A DNA stretch of 64,000 nucleotides from Fimbriosthenelais zetlandica (lineage: Eukaryota), in NCBI GenBank assembly GCA_977030845.1, contig OZ365115.1:31248001-31312000 (forward strand). The letters are read 5' to 3'. The notes beneath the pieces are model-generated. The model made no database searches and was not told where the DNA came from. It worked only from the letters and a program-made list of their open reading frames with translations. Shown piece by piece: positions 49,817-62,300 of the stretch; the stretch's first letter is position 1, and the number at the start of each line of letters is the position of its first letter. Position numbers and translations under genes: made by a program.

Positions 49817-52736
49817 AAGAAATTATGAATTACCTCTACTGCAGACTATAGTAAAATTAACTCATAGACTGATAGTATATTGTTCAATAAAGTAAAACTA
49901 CCTGTATTCACAATTAATCGATTAATGACGCAGCTCAATGTTCAAGAAATGTCTCTTGCTGAATGTAATCAAAGGTTTTAGAAATAAAGTCTATAAATAT
50001 CTGATACATTGAAGTCTGGAATGTTTTCTCTTTATCGAAGACGTATACAAGACCATGTAGATCATTTCTAACTGGAGAAATATAAGTGATCGATGGGTGT
50101 CAGTTGCGAACACTAGTCCATAGAATGAAGTTCAAGCATCAAGTGATCGTAAGGCAAAAATCAATTACAAATTTCCCATATGATCCAGCAGTGTGTGGAT
50201 GTTTGTATATCATGTCCAGACTAATAGATCATTTCTGACGTAAGACTGGAATACGCACTGCCCTTCATCATGCTAGCCAGTTCAAGGGCTTCCAATATAT
50301 CCTATAGATTCACGAAATATTGAGGAAGGAATTCACCATAATCTAGCCGAAATGGTGCAATTCTGAAAAGCCCATTCAAAATATGGCATATATTAGGAAT
50401 TTGGTTTTAACATTCAAACATGATTTTTCTTTATCGAAAGAGGAGGAACCTAGTTCTTAGGGCATGTAAAACACTGAGTTGGCATGGGAGAGGACCGAGG
50501 ATTTCCTGCTCGAGAAAGGAACCCAAACAACAATATTGACATAGGCTTATCCCCATCCCTGGACAAGACTCACAACTGTTTGTCAACTTTACTCCACGGC
50601 AAATATGGGAGAATTGCTGGCTGAGACACGTTTTAGAAATTTCAGTTGAATCGAAAATATCTTCCAAAAATTGACATAATTTAGCCAAAAATGAGGCTAA
50701 TTGACCCCTCTTGTTTATCACTCAAGCAATATCATAATTGTACCATAGCTTACCTATGGATCCACACGCCCACTATTTATATTGATTTCAAGTCATAGAC
50801 GTCACACTATACATTAGATCCTACTTGAGGAGCCCCTATTTTAACATTTGAGAAGATGGTAGATATGTACAGAATGACACCAAGTGTTCTACATCAAAAG
50901 GCCTATACATGTACCGTTATTTACAATGTTATGTGGAAGTAAATAATGGTATAATGCATGCACCTCCGCATATATTATAGAAAGACCCTGGAAGAGTGGG
51001 CCTAGCTTTGTTAATGAAAAGCGTTATAATAGGCTCACAATGAGTACTTATTCTTAAAATTAAATAACCTTGTAATACCATCTAATTCATGGCTGGGTCA
51101 GATGCACTTGGATACACATCCTTGTGTAATATTCTATTTGACCTAAAAACACCTGCATTTGTTCTTTGATATAGCACACAAAAATCTGGTAATATGTAAT
51201 GAACATGCATGCAATGGAGTGATACTGGATACTCATAAATTATACACCAGGAAAAAGAAATCTACTTAACTAGCCGACTCGAGAATAATATTAACCAAAT
51301 CTGTAGGCACTCAAAAGGGAAAGAAATGTCCATTACCGGGTAACTCTAGGAATGATTGACAGACCCAAATAGACAGTAGGCTAAGGCCTCTTCAGAATCC
51401 AATTTCTTTTGTACAGTACCAAACTTGGCAATGATTTGCATGGATGAGAGACTGCAGCTATTAGACAATGAATCATGAGTAGCTCTTACACATTCCTTGC
51501 GAGGGGAGAGACGGAGGGGGAAGGCAGGGCTATATTTAGCTCAGGGCTGTTTATGATGTGCTGTATGTAATTTGGCATAGCGAGACAGAAAAATCAATAA
51601 AACTGTTTTCTTCCAGTTTTACAGGAAGGGACGGGGAGAAGGAGGTGGGCTTAATCGGCCCTTCCCAGGGGCCTATATATATATATGAAGAAACATAAAA
51701 TGTTACAGGGAGTTTTGGGACGGAAATGTCTTAGTGAGCAGCTCTACCCTAAAGCGACTACCTTTGGGACTGACACCAGGTCAACCAGCCCTAGCAATGT
51801 CCTCCTATTGCTAAGTGCCAAGCGAGGGAGCTACCGTACTATTCCCCATCTATTTTTTCAGTTTCACTAGAAATTTTGGCTGATACATGACATGGGGAAT
51901 TCACACCACTCAGACATGACTGATGAGAAACTATACATTGAAAAACATTCTGACTCAGAGGTTAATTGTGTTGTAACTTGTGGCCTACTATCTATGGCCT
52001 GTTGATTTGGGAGGGATGAGTTGTTTTATGGCTTATGACTCCATTGAGTGGATCTTTCACTGGGTAAATGACCTGACATGTCGAGGGAAGGTGATGTGAG
52101 TCATATGTGATCCATGTAGAAAACTCAGAAGTGGATTGGAATAATGACCCACCAGTCATGACTGCCTATTGATCTTGGCACGCATGGCTGTCTGGGTGGG
52201 AATGACTGGACATTGGGCCATCTAATGGAAATCTATCAGAAAATATCGAGGGGCCAGGATCAATAGAGCTATAATATTGCCTATTTTTTTCAGGCCTTCT
52301 TTAAATTTAGCCCATTTACCACTATGGTATTTTTTGCTTTTGTTAAATATCACGATATGAATTGTTAGGCCATATCAAATATTTTATGCCCATTTAATGA
52401 TTTATTAATATTAGATCTAGATTGAAAAGCCTTTTTTCCCTCCTGAACAATACCGGTACCTGATTCAACGAATTATTGTGAGCTGTATAAGAAAACTTTA
52501 TGCAGGAGACAGTTGAATTATGAGCAGAGCCAAAATAGCAATTCACTGACATAGCCCATTTGTCTCTAAAGGCCTAAACGAGTGAAGTGAGACTGAGTCT
52601 GAGACATTGATTGATGGAAAGGAATGGCTCGTGTTTGGGGACACGCTTTTCATCCACGCCGCACTCCTAGAAAACGCAGGCACGTTCATCGGACTAGTAT
52701 GGACAGAGATCTATAGAACTTATTCTCCCAACTCAC

Positions 52737-53100
52737 CTTAAAATATCCTGTCCGGGGCAGAAGAAGAAAGGGGAAAATGTTAAAGAAATCCTCCGACGAT
52801 TTTCAGGCACACACACCCGTCCAAGATACTGCAACGACTGGCTGTTGAACTTTACTCCCGCCGGTGATAATGATTCCGAGATAATTCATGTATTTCCTTC
52901 GTTGATATGAATAGCTGAGAGGGGAAACCTGGGAGGATGAAACATATAGTTCTCATGTCATTGACTAATTATTTGTTCTGAATCGTCATCTCCGTATTTG
53001 CTGGTAGAATCTCGATTAGTACAATCACTTTCAGGGCACCTGTTCTCGGAAATGATTACGACGGGGAGGAAGATGGAACAGCACTTTATACATAGGCAAA
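52737..53100 (-). other. Candidate non-coding first exon of a transcript divergent from CABIN1
   Basis: Consensus donor TTTAAG|gtgagt (intron starts 52736 on minus) at the edge of a CpG-enriched block 300-600 bp upstream of the CABIN1 ATG; 5' boundary approximate. Confidence 0.4.
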
Positions 53101-53377
53101 ATCCCGATAAGGAAATGATTAGAAATCCCCAAATTTGTAGATATATAAGGGTTTTTGATCGCCTTTAAATCGTAGTTCACGCATTTTTAATTTAAAACTA
53201 TAAAATGACAAAGATAGAATGATCAATTGCGGAATTATTTTTTGAATACACGTGGTTACGAAAATATCAATACACAATTTGCTAGCTCTGCTTATTCAGG
53301 CGGTGTGCAGAATGGTGCTGAGACAAAGGATTTTATTTCTCCGTTTTTCTCCAGATTTTGGCATCTAAACGTAAAAA

Positions 53378-53380
53378 ATG
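53378..53380 (+). CDS. CABIN1: CABIN1 coding exon 1 (ATG only)
   Basis: AAAAAATG|GTAAGT: A-rich start context followed by a consensus donor; next exon starts IRISALN in phase 0 and has no ATG of its own at the expected position. Confidence 0.7.
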
Positions 53381-56300
53381 GTAAGTTCCCATTAAAGATA
53401 AAGTATCTAAGATAATGACTGTACCGAAAATATGGCTAAGAAGACTAAAACTGCTGAGAAATCAGCCATGGTTAGAAAGAAAACAATCCGAAACCTCTAT
53501 TATCGCCCAGCGTCGCGCTCTGGAAAGTCAAATTTTAAGCCAAGTTTCCTTTATCTAAACGAATTGTATTGTTGTGCAGATAGACTGTAAGAAGGTTGCA
53601 AAAACGATATTGTCTAATTTGGAAGTAAATGGGGCTTTGGTCAGACATTGGACGGAAGTAATTTCAAAGAAATGTCCCATATATTTGTTAATGTTTTTGC
53701 CACTTCGCCGAAACAACTCTTAGCTGCCACCTTGCGTGAAATGTCAGAACTAAGGTGGATATACCCGTCTGCTGAAAGTAAAACCCTATTTATGTACCCC
53801 CACCGTTGCAGACAATATTGTTGTATGATGACAATCTGTGCTTGCCTACTTTCCTCATAGCATAGGCTTACCGGTAAGCCTACCTTGTGAAGAGTCAGTT
53901 GATAAAGGTGATCCTGCTGTGGTTTCGCCCCCCTCCTCTTGGGGGGGGGGGGGGGGGGGTGTGTGTACCATAGCTTCAGATTGCCACTATGATAAAAAGG
54001 GTATGGCCATATCTCTGTTAAACCATCAATCGCCACATCCGTGGACATTCCTATAGAAATCATTGCTTTTTATTTTTTTTTAAATTTTGTTATACATCTA
54101 TATCAAATGAATTCTCTATTTTAGATAAGGATATCTGCACTTAATGATTCATCTGACGATGATGAAAGTCAGTCAATATCTAAGAGTCGTCCAACGACGA
54201 AGGAGGCCCAGGAGTCGGCTGCTCTCGCTCTCTATAACCGAGCCTTGGATCTCCTCAAACGAGGTGATGAAAATGGGGCTAAAAATACATTCCTTCAACT
54301 ACTGGAAGCTCCTTTCATCAAGAATGTAAGTTTCATAAATATTTTTTAACTGAATTAGATGGGTCTTTTTCACTTTACATATGCTTTTCTTTCTTTATTA
54401 GTTTCTTCTTTTTTTCGTCATTTTTGCAAATAATTATCCTACATGTACCATTATCATTATATCCAGGCTGAACCGTCCACCGAGAGTGAAGTGCTGGTGG
54501 ACCCAGGACTTGTCGTCAAATATTCTTCATACAAGAACCTTGGATCAATGGCTGCCCATCGAGAGGAATATGAAACGGCTATGACTTACTACCTCGAGGT
54601 ATAATATACAACTTTTAGCTTTCATTTTGAACTCAAATCGATCTTTTTTTACAACTCTGAAATCGATCTCGCTGAGATTCTATTTGATGGATATAATATT
54701 ATAGGACGATGTCCTTTTAATCATGCCTTACCATTACTGACTCAATAACGTTACTTATGATTGATTATAAGTTTTGTAATTATTCTTTCTAGGCGGTGAT
54801 GGTAGATTCCAGTGATGTAACAGTGTGGTACAAGATAGGAACCATCGCTAAGAAGCTTCACAACTATCCCTTGGCTCGTCACGCATTTGAACAGGTACAC
54901 CCAAGCCTCCCCACTCAAATTACTTTATCAAAACTGAACTGGCATTTTTGAACTCCACATTGTAATTGATTTATTTTATTTAAAAATTATTGTGTTTTTC
55001 AGGGTTTAGTCTGCCAGCCTCGTCACTGGCCCTGTCTGGACAACGTTATCACTGTTTTGTATGCTCTATACAACTATGATGGTAATTATACTGTTCCCAA
55101 CCACTATCATTTTAGCTGTGAAAATAAAATTATTAGCGATTCCAAGCTGAACCCTAAAGTTAATTGTTTTAATTAATTAAATTCTTTTTCAGCCTGCCTT
55201 GTGTATATTGCACGCGCCCTTGAGAGAGATCCTGGCTACATCAAAGGTATCTCATTCATGGAGAAAATCTTGGAGGAACAACCATCCTTGAGGAGACATA
55301 TGGGTCATCATTTTACCTCATGGTAAGAAAATGTCTTTCTCTGTACTCCACATTGATTTTTGAAACCAGATGAATCAACAGTACCTCCACAAATGCGAAT
55401 ATTTCACCCATGATTTATTTGATTCTTTAAACTCTTCTATTTTTTAGTGACCAGAGCATTTTCACAAACGAAGTTGACCAGGATGAAGCAGACGAGGTAA
55501 GTCAAATTTTCAGAAGTGTCAAATTATTTTATTTTCAACATTTGTGGATGGATTTAGTATAAGGTATACCGTATATCAAATGATACTATCTCAATTTCCT
55601 TTTATTAAACCAGTACATCGATGAGGCTGTAGCAATGAGGAAAAAGAAGCAAGAGCTGTGTCAGCCCAAGGAAAGACCAACTGTCAAATTTACCCAACCT
55701 CTCACTGCATTCACGTAAGCCTGACACTTCATTCCTATGCCTTTGATCAAAAGAACATTTTCATTGGATATCATTTAACTATTTTAGATATGAGGGATGG
55801 ACTTGGCTAAATCTATCTTGTTTTTTTTACAGCTGGCACAAGCTGGGATCTTGCTTTATGTCCCTCTACGACCACATTGCATCATCAGAACCCCCTATTG
55901 TAAGTTCCCTGATTTTGATTTGTTTTTATTGAAGAACACATTGTACATAACCGATCCCGCCATGCGGCGTCATTACATAATATTTTACATAATGTCTTAC
56001 TTATTTTAACATTTAAAATTTCAGACTTACAGCTGTAAAGTCGATTTGAAGGAGAATTTAAAACTACAAACAGAAGCTGAAGAATCACCTACTGCTCCTG
56101 AAGTTATCACTGATGTCCCTGCTTCATCAACCACCACTCCCTCCACCCCTCCCACCACCACTTCTACCTCCACCACCACCACTTCTACCTCCACCACCAC
56201 CACCACCACTACTACCACCGCCACTCCTGCTCTGGAATCATCTCAGATTCAGGCAACAGAAGAAGCTTCTCTCTTACCTACTGAAACAGCAAACAAAGTG

Positions 56301-59300
56301 CCTGAGAGTGAGAAAGAAAAGGAAGGTGGAACTGGTGAAATATCTGATGTGGACCACATGCAAGTCGAGACGAGCAAAATGGAAAATGGTATGGGAACTC
56401 CCTTTCAGATATATATGGAGCATGCAAAATCAGATTCACTTTCTTAATCTAAAAAGGTTATTTTAATGAAAATGAATTATGTTTTCAGTCTTGACAACGA
56501 GTGAGACAAGGGAAAGAGAGATCTCCAAACGTGGACCAAAAAGAAAAAAGTTCATAGCTGATAATAGTGAGAAGCGAAGATCTGCTCGAGTAAGTAATAT
56601 TGAATTTATTTATCAGCACTGTTTAAAATAGTCGAATACGCCAAATCACTTTCTCTATCTTGTCCATTGAACACAACATTTCTTATAGCTTATCACGTGG
56701 CGTACTTGGTTTTCTTTAGGTTCGAAACACTGGCAGCAAACCAGTAGAAGACCAGTTCAAGATACAAGAACTGCTTGTCAATCTCCTTCCTACTTCAATG
56801 ACGTAAGTTTCCAACTTATCCAAATAATCCATTCAGTGTTTGAATGTAAGCCCCTTCAAATCATGGTCAGAGGCGGATTCAAAAATGTTTCCCTTCCATT
56901 CAGCATTCGCCATACCTCACTTTCTCATGGCTGGACAGTGGGCAGTGGGAGGAGAAGGAAGGAGGGGGTGGGTGTGGTCAAGTCTAAATCATCCACACGC
57001 TACCTCCCCGTGTTGGGGAGTGGCGGGGGTCCAGTTGGGGTCCAATCCCGGGTTTTAGCTTGCAACATTGTGAAACTTTGGTCATGCCTCGCCGCTTCTG
57101 AAAAAACGTGAGGAGGGGGGTGGGCGGGGGGGAGGTTCAAAGCTACTAGGGTCCGGATCTTGGCTTTTCTTCTGGCTTGGCAGTGGAAGGTGCTTGTGTG
57201 GTGGTGGGATAAGGGAGGGTTCAATCTCAAGTCTGGGTCTTAGCTTTTAAGCCTGTGAAACTGGTCACGCCTCACTGATTCTGAAACAAAGGAGGTGGCG
57301 GGGTGGTTGGGGTTCAAATCTAGGTCAGGGTCATAGCTTTTACCTCATGTGAAGTCTGACCTCCGCTGGCTGACCAATAGGGTGTTAGGGTTATGGGATT
57401 AGTATAGGGGAGGAGGTTAGGGTTAGTAGAGGGGGTTAGGGTTAGTAGAGGGGATTAGGGTTAGTTATATGTGACTCTTGGGGTGGGCGTCAGGCGAGTG
57501 GCTATATAATTATGTACATTGATTGATTGCCTGTGATTGGTGGGGGACATACCTCTTGATTGAAAGCTGTCATCAGAACTGATGTAGTACGAAAATGAGT
57601 TAATTTAATAATCTGTGTCAGACACAGTATACACTATTATAAGTAATAGAAACTGTCATACCGAAAAGATTCCATGTACCAACAACAAGTTCAGTAAGGG
57701 TCTATTCAATGGGATCCCTGTGCATAATACATACCCTTCAATTCTTATTGAAAAATCAATATTCTCAGGCAAGTCCGTGTGGAGGATGAAGGGACAGAAA
57801 GCTCCCAGGAGGAACCAATGGATGTAACGTCTCAGGAGAACAGTACCCAGCACACATCCCAGGACTCGGGGACAGACGGGGCGGAGGACGGGGCTTCACG
57901 GGTGACTGAACTCAGAGACACCGAGCAAACCGAGGTGCTCGACTTCCTAGAGAAACACCAAAACAACTCAGGCATCATCGACCTGCTCAATGAGTACCTC
58001 ATTATACTGTCACAGAGAGCTCATCTCTCATGGTAAGTTTTTATATCTAAGATATCCTTTTTTATTAATTTAATTGATTTACATGAAATTTCATTTGATC
58101 TTCTAACATAAAAATAATGATTTTTTGTTGGTATTTGCGATAGGTATAGCCTTTTGAGTCTGATATAGGATGTTGAGGATTTTGTTACTAAAATTCTATA
58201 TGAAATTTAGTTCAATCTAAGCAAATATTTGTTTCTACAAACTAGCTTTTGCCTTCGTTTTCTTGCAGGCCAGAGGGTTTAGCTCAGATCTATATTAAAT
58301 GTTATACAAGACTTCACAAGCATATACAATACCCTGGTTATCTTTGGTAAGTATGTTTATCATTTCATTTGTGCTTCTACTGCAAATGTTTTGTTATTTG
58401 TAAATATTCTGGGCTGAATAGAGATATTTATATTTATACACTGGTAGCATTCTTGAAACACACTGATGATAAATTTTTGTTTTAATTGGTATTGCATTAA
58501 CGTTCTTTATTAATTTGTCTTCTTGCAGCAAAGATTCCTCTCATGAAAGGATTAGAAATATGTCTAAGGTAAGGTGGAGAAATGAACCCAGTATCTGTCT
58601 CAGACAGTTCTTCATATATAAAATGTATTTCAATGAGAATTATCCTTAACCTTTACTAAAATTAAAAGTGAATTGATCTTGATTTTCAGATGAATCTAGT
58701 CCATGCTGAATTGAAAGTGGATCGCTGGGTTGGTACCAAGTCTAGGGCCTCTCCACCCCGACGGTAAGTCCTTGGTTACTGTATAAATTTAAAAATTTCC
58801 AAGTACCATGTTTAAATACTTTTTATGATTTTAACCTTGTGTATTTCTGTACATCAGGTCTGGAGGGGGTAGCCAGGGGCTGGGATCTAACTTTGCTGGG
58901 CCTACTTTCCGTTCAGACCTGGTCTATCTGGAAGGTGTAAGTCAATGTCAGGACATCTTTGACGACGAATGGATCAACTTTGTCATCAGAGGTGAAAAAA
59001 CCTACATTATATTTAGCATTCAAATGAAAATTACAATTAACAGTCGAATCATTTTTATCTGTAATGAAAATAATGGTTATTTTACCCTGAATTGTGTCAC
59101 TAATATGTATACATGCTCAATTATAATGTATATTTTATTTTTGCTCATTCAGTTTTCTGGATGAGTGCGAAGTTCCGGATGTTGGAAGGGAAAACTGCTG
59201 AATCTATCACTGATTATGAATGTGTAAGTTATATGGGATATAGTTGTAAAGGAAAACTCTTATATGAAAATTATTAAAAGGACATTACACTGATTTGGTG

Positions 59301-62300
59301 GGTTTCCATTGATTATTGCTGAAAATCGCGGTGAATTATTCGAGACGAAAATAATCTTGCTTATATTCCAACATTGAGATTGTGGTGTATTTTTTTCAGA
59401 CGTCTTCCTACTTAGAAATCGCAGAGAAGGAATCAAATGGACAGGTCACACTAGCACTACCTCACATTCAACACGACAAGGAGGTCACACTGGGTTAGTA
59501 CATAAACCCAATATTAAAACAAATATATTGAATTGAGAACCTGATTTGAAAATCTCTTTATTTCAACCTAATTGAACAATGAATGAGTAATGAACTTCCA
59601 TTGGTTTTCAGAGAAAGTGAAGCAGCAAGTTGAATTGTTAAAGCGCTGTCAGTCCCAGGATAAGATGCAGGGACTTCATGATAGTGGCGAATACGATAAG
59701 GTCATCCAGCTACTACTTGAGACATTTGAAAACCCCGCTGCCAACAAGGTACAGTATCTTTTTTCTTTCATGTGAATGACACATCATACATGTTGTTTTT
59801 AAATGTACATATACATCCCAAATATAATTTATATCAATAACTTACAATAATTTGTTCTGCTTTCAGGTTCTTGAAAATGAAGAGAGACATGCCCAAATTA
59901 TTCTATTGGTGGAATCTCTCTTTAAAATGAAGGATTATAAGGTGAGTAATTGTCTGAAACCGTTCTTAAAATGAGTTCATGTGAGTAGGACAATAAAATA
60001 CATTACATATATTAAAAGTAAATACCGAAGTAGCCAGGAAATGCTTTCAAATTATGTTATATTTTAATATGCACTTTTAAGTTATTAATATGTTAAATAT
60101 ACATCTGTATGTAATGCTTTTTGTAGCGGTGTATCATCTGGGGTGAAGTGTCCCTCAATGAAGCCATACAGAAGTACAATACAGCTTCCACTAACCAGGC
60201 GCGAGATGAATGGGCCAACACAGCTGTACAACTCATGGACGGCATGGACAAGTAAGACCACTCTAAATTATACTTTCATATTTTATACTTTTATTTATAC
60301 TTTCGTGAAAAACATTTTCCAAGTTTTCAAGTGTTGAAGGCACATGCAGCCATTCAGAGGGAATGCTTTAAGGCATCTGTCGCAGTGAAAGGGTTAAAAT
60401 GCCTACAATATAACCAGTAAATCTATAGTAATACCTATTTTGTTGTAGGGCTATAAGTGCGGAGCAGTCGGCCATCCGCAGCCTGACGTCCAAATGCCTG
60501 GTCCGCTTCACACAAAACCTCCTCCTCATCATAGAGGCAGCTTTTGATGTTCCTGAGAGCGCGCATGAGATGGGCATCCCTTCTATGTTACCGTGGATAC
60601 TCATCTATAAACTCATATACTTGTGAGTACATCATTAGTTTCATCATGTATCAAGTTTCATTTAGAACTCATCTTAGTTTCATATCGTACCCTAATCAGT
60701 ATCAGATGCACTCCTATCAGTATCAATTATCATATCCGATCACATGCTAAAAAATTATATATAACACAACCCATAAATATAATGAACTCATTAACCTTGT
60801 CCGCATGTCAAAATGTTGGAATAATTGTGAAATCTTTAGAAGTCTTTTAGGTTATTTTTGTTAACAGTTGAAGATAATGTGTTATTTTTCCTGTTTAGTG
60901 AGGAGTGTCAGCAGGGTGAGGGTGTGATGGAGGGGGAGGGGGTACAGGTAGATCATAGTGGATCGTTGAGTCTATTAGAGACCGCTCATGAGCAGCTCGG
61001 CCGTCGCTCCTGGTGCTCTAACTGTGACGGCGCTCTACTGCTCTTCATTGTCAGCGAGGTCAGTACTAGAAATAAAACTCTTCTTTTCATAATTTTATAA
61101 ATATTTAGTTGAAATAAACTCAACTAATACGTCATTTATTTCGTGCATTGAATGATTCATCGATTGATTCATTGATTGATTCATTCATTCATTGATTCAT
61201 TCATTCATTCATACATACTTAGTTACTTTCCTCTTTAAATTCATCTTGTCATTCCTCTATCCTTTTATATCACGGATTCATTCATTCATTTATTCTTTCA
61301 TCCATTCCTTCATCAATACTTTCATCCGTCCTTTTATTCATCCATCATTTCATTCAACCATTCACAAGATCATTCATTCATCTACTGACCTGTTTCTATC
61401 GTTTTAGCAGAGTTTAACCTTATTTGCCTTTGACCTACAGATAGTGAAGGAAGTACAGAAGGATGAGGAGGAGATAACCGGGTGGGGAGACTATGACCAT
61501 ATACTCGAGCAGTGTTTCTTCTGTCTTTATGGTCATCCCAACAGACGGCGTGCCAAGCACCTCCAGGACCACAGCAGCAGCCAGGTCACATTTTATTCCA
61601 CTAACCTCAGTAAAATATCTACAGAAAAAGATTTTATTTTTCATGAAATTATCTTGAACAGTTAATATACCCACGAGAGCTGTCAACAGTTTCTCACCAT
61701 GGAAGATTAAAATTTACAATTTCTTATCTTTCCCTTTTACCACAATTCCCCCATGTATCGAACCATTCTGGCTTGAACGATATAAGAATCTCCTTGAGTT
61801 TCATCTGGTGAATTTTAAACATTTTATTTCAGATCTCGTTAACATGGACTAGGGCAAACCATGTGTTCGCTTATTTCAAGCCTCAGACGATGCCGGAGTA
61901 TGACAGTCTTAAGACGAGCACCGTGTCGGGCGAGCTGGAGGCTCTCCTCCGCCGTATCTACATCATGATACCATCTGATACCAAACCATGTTAGTCACAC
62001 TCGACTAGAAAAAAATTTGATAATTCAAAAAATGTTTATATTCTGAAAATAGTGCATTCTATGTAATAGATCAAACTATAATTGTATTTCTAAAAAAACG
62101 TCACAAATGTCTGTATAATTATTACAATGTTCATTACTTTTGTTCATCTCTGTGTATCTAATTAATTTATTTTATTAAAAAATTTCTAGCCTTGACAGTG
62201 GAGCAGATCACTGCTTACATTGAAGGTACAGCAAATGAGCCTCCAGACATTCCCGATGGTCAGGAATTCTCAATGTAAGTATTCATTTGTTCGTTCATTC

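Larger units (their letters stand above)
52600..53380. promoter_or_regulatory. CABIN1 promoter region, probably bidirectional
   Basis: CpG-enriched relative to flanks; E-box CACGTG 53249-53254; donors pointing outward on both strands (52736 minus, 53381 plus). Confidence 0.5.

Noticed and set aside
53468-53476. Alternative CABIN1 start GCCATG|gttaga
   Set aside because: Weaker donor than ATG|gtaagt at 53378-53386; kept only as a fallback.
56027-56466. Poly-Val ORF (56027-56224, minus) and poly-Pro ORF (56113-56466, plus)
   Set aside because: Alternative-frame shadows of the (ACC)n tract in CABIN1 exon 10.
60382-60397. piggyBac-like end GCAGTGAAAGGGTTAA
   Set aside because: No matching opposite end found in the intron.
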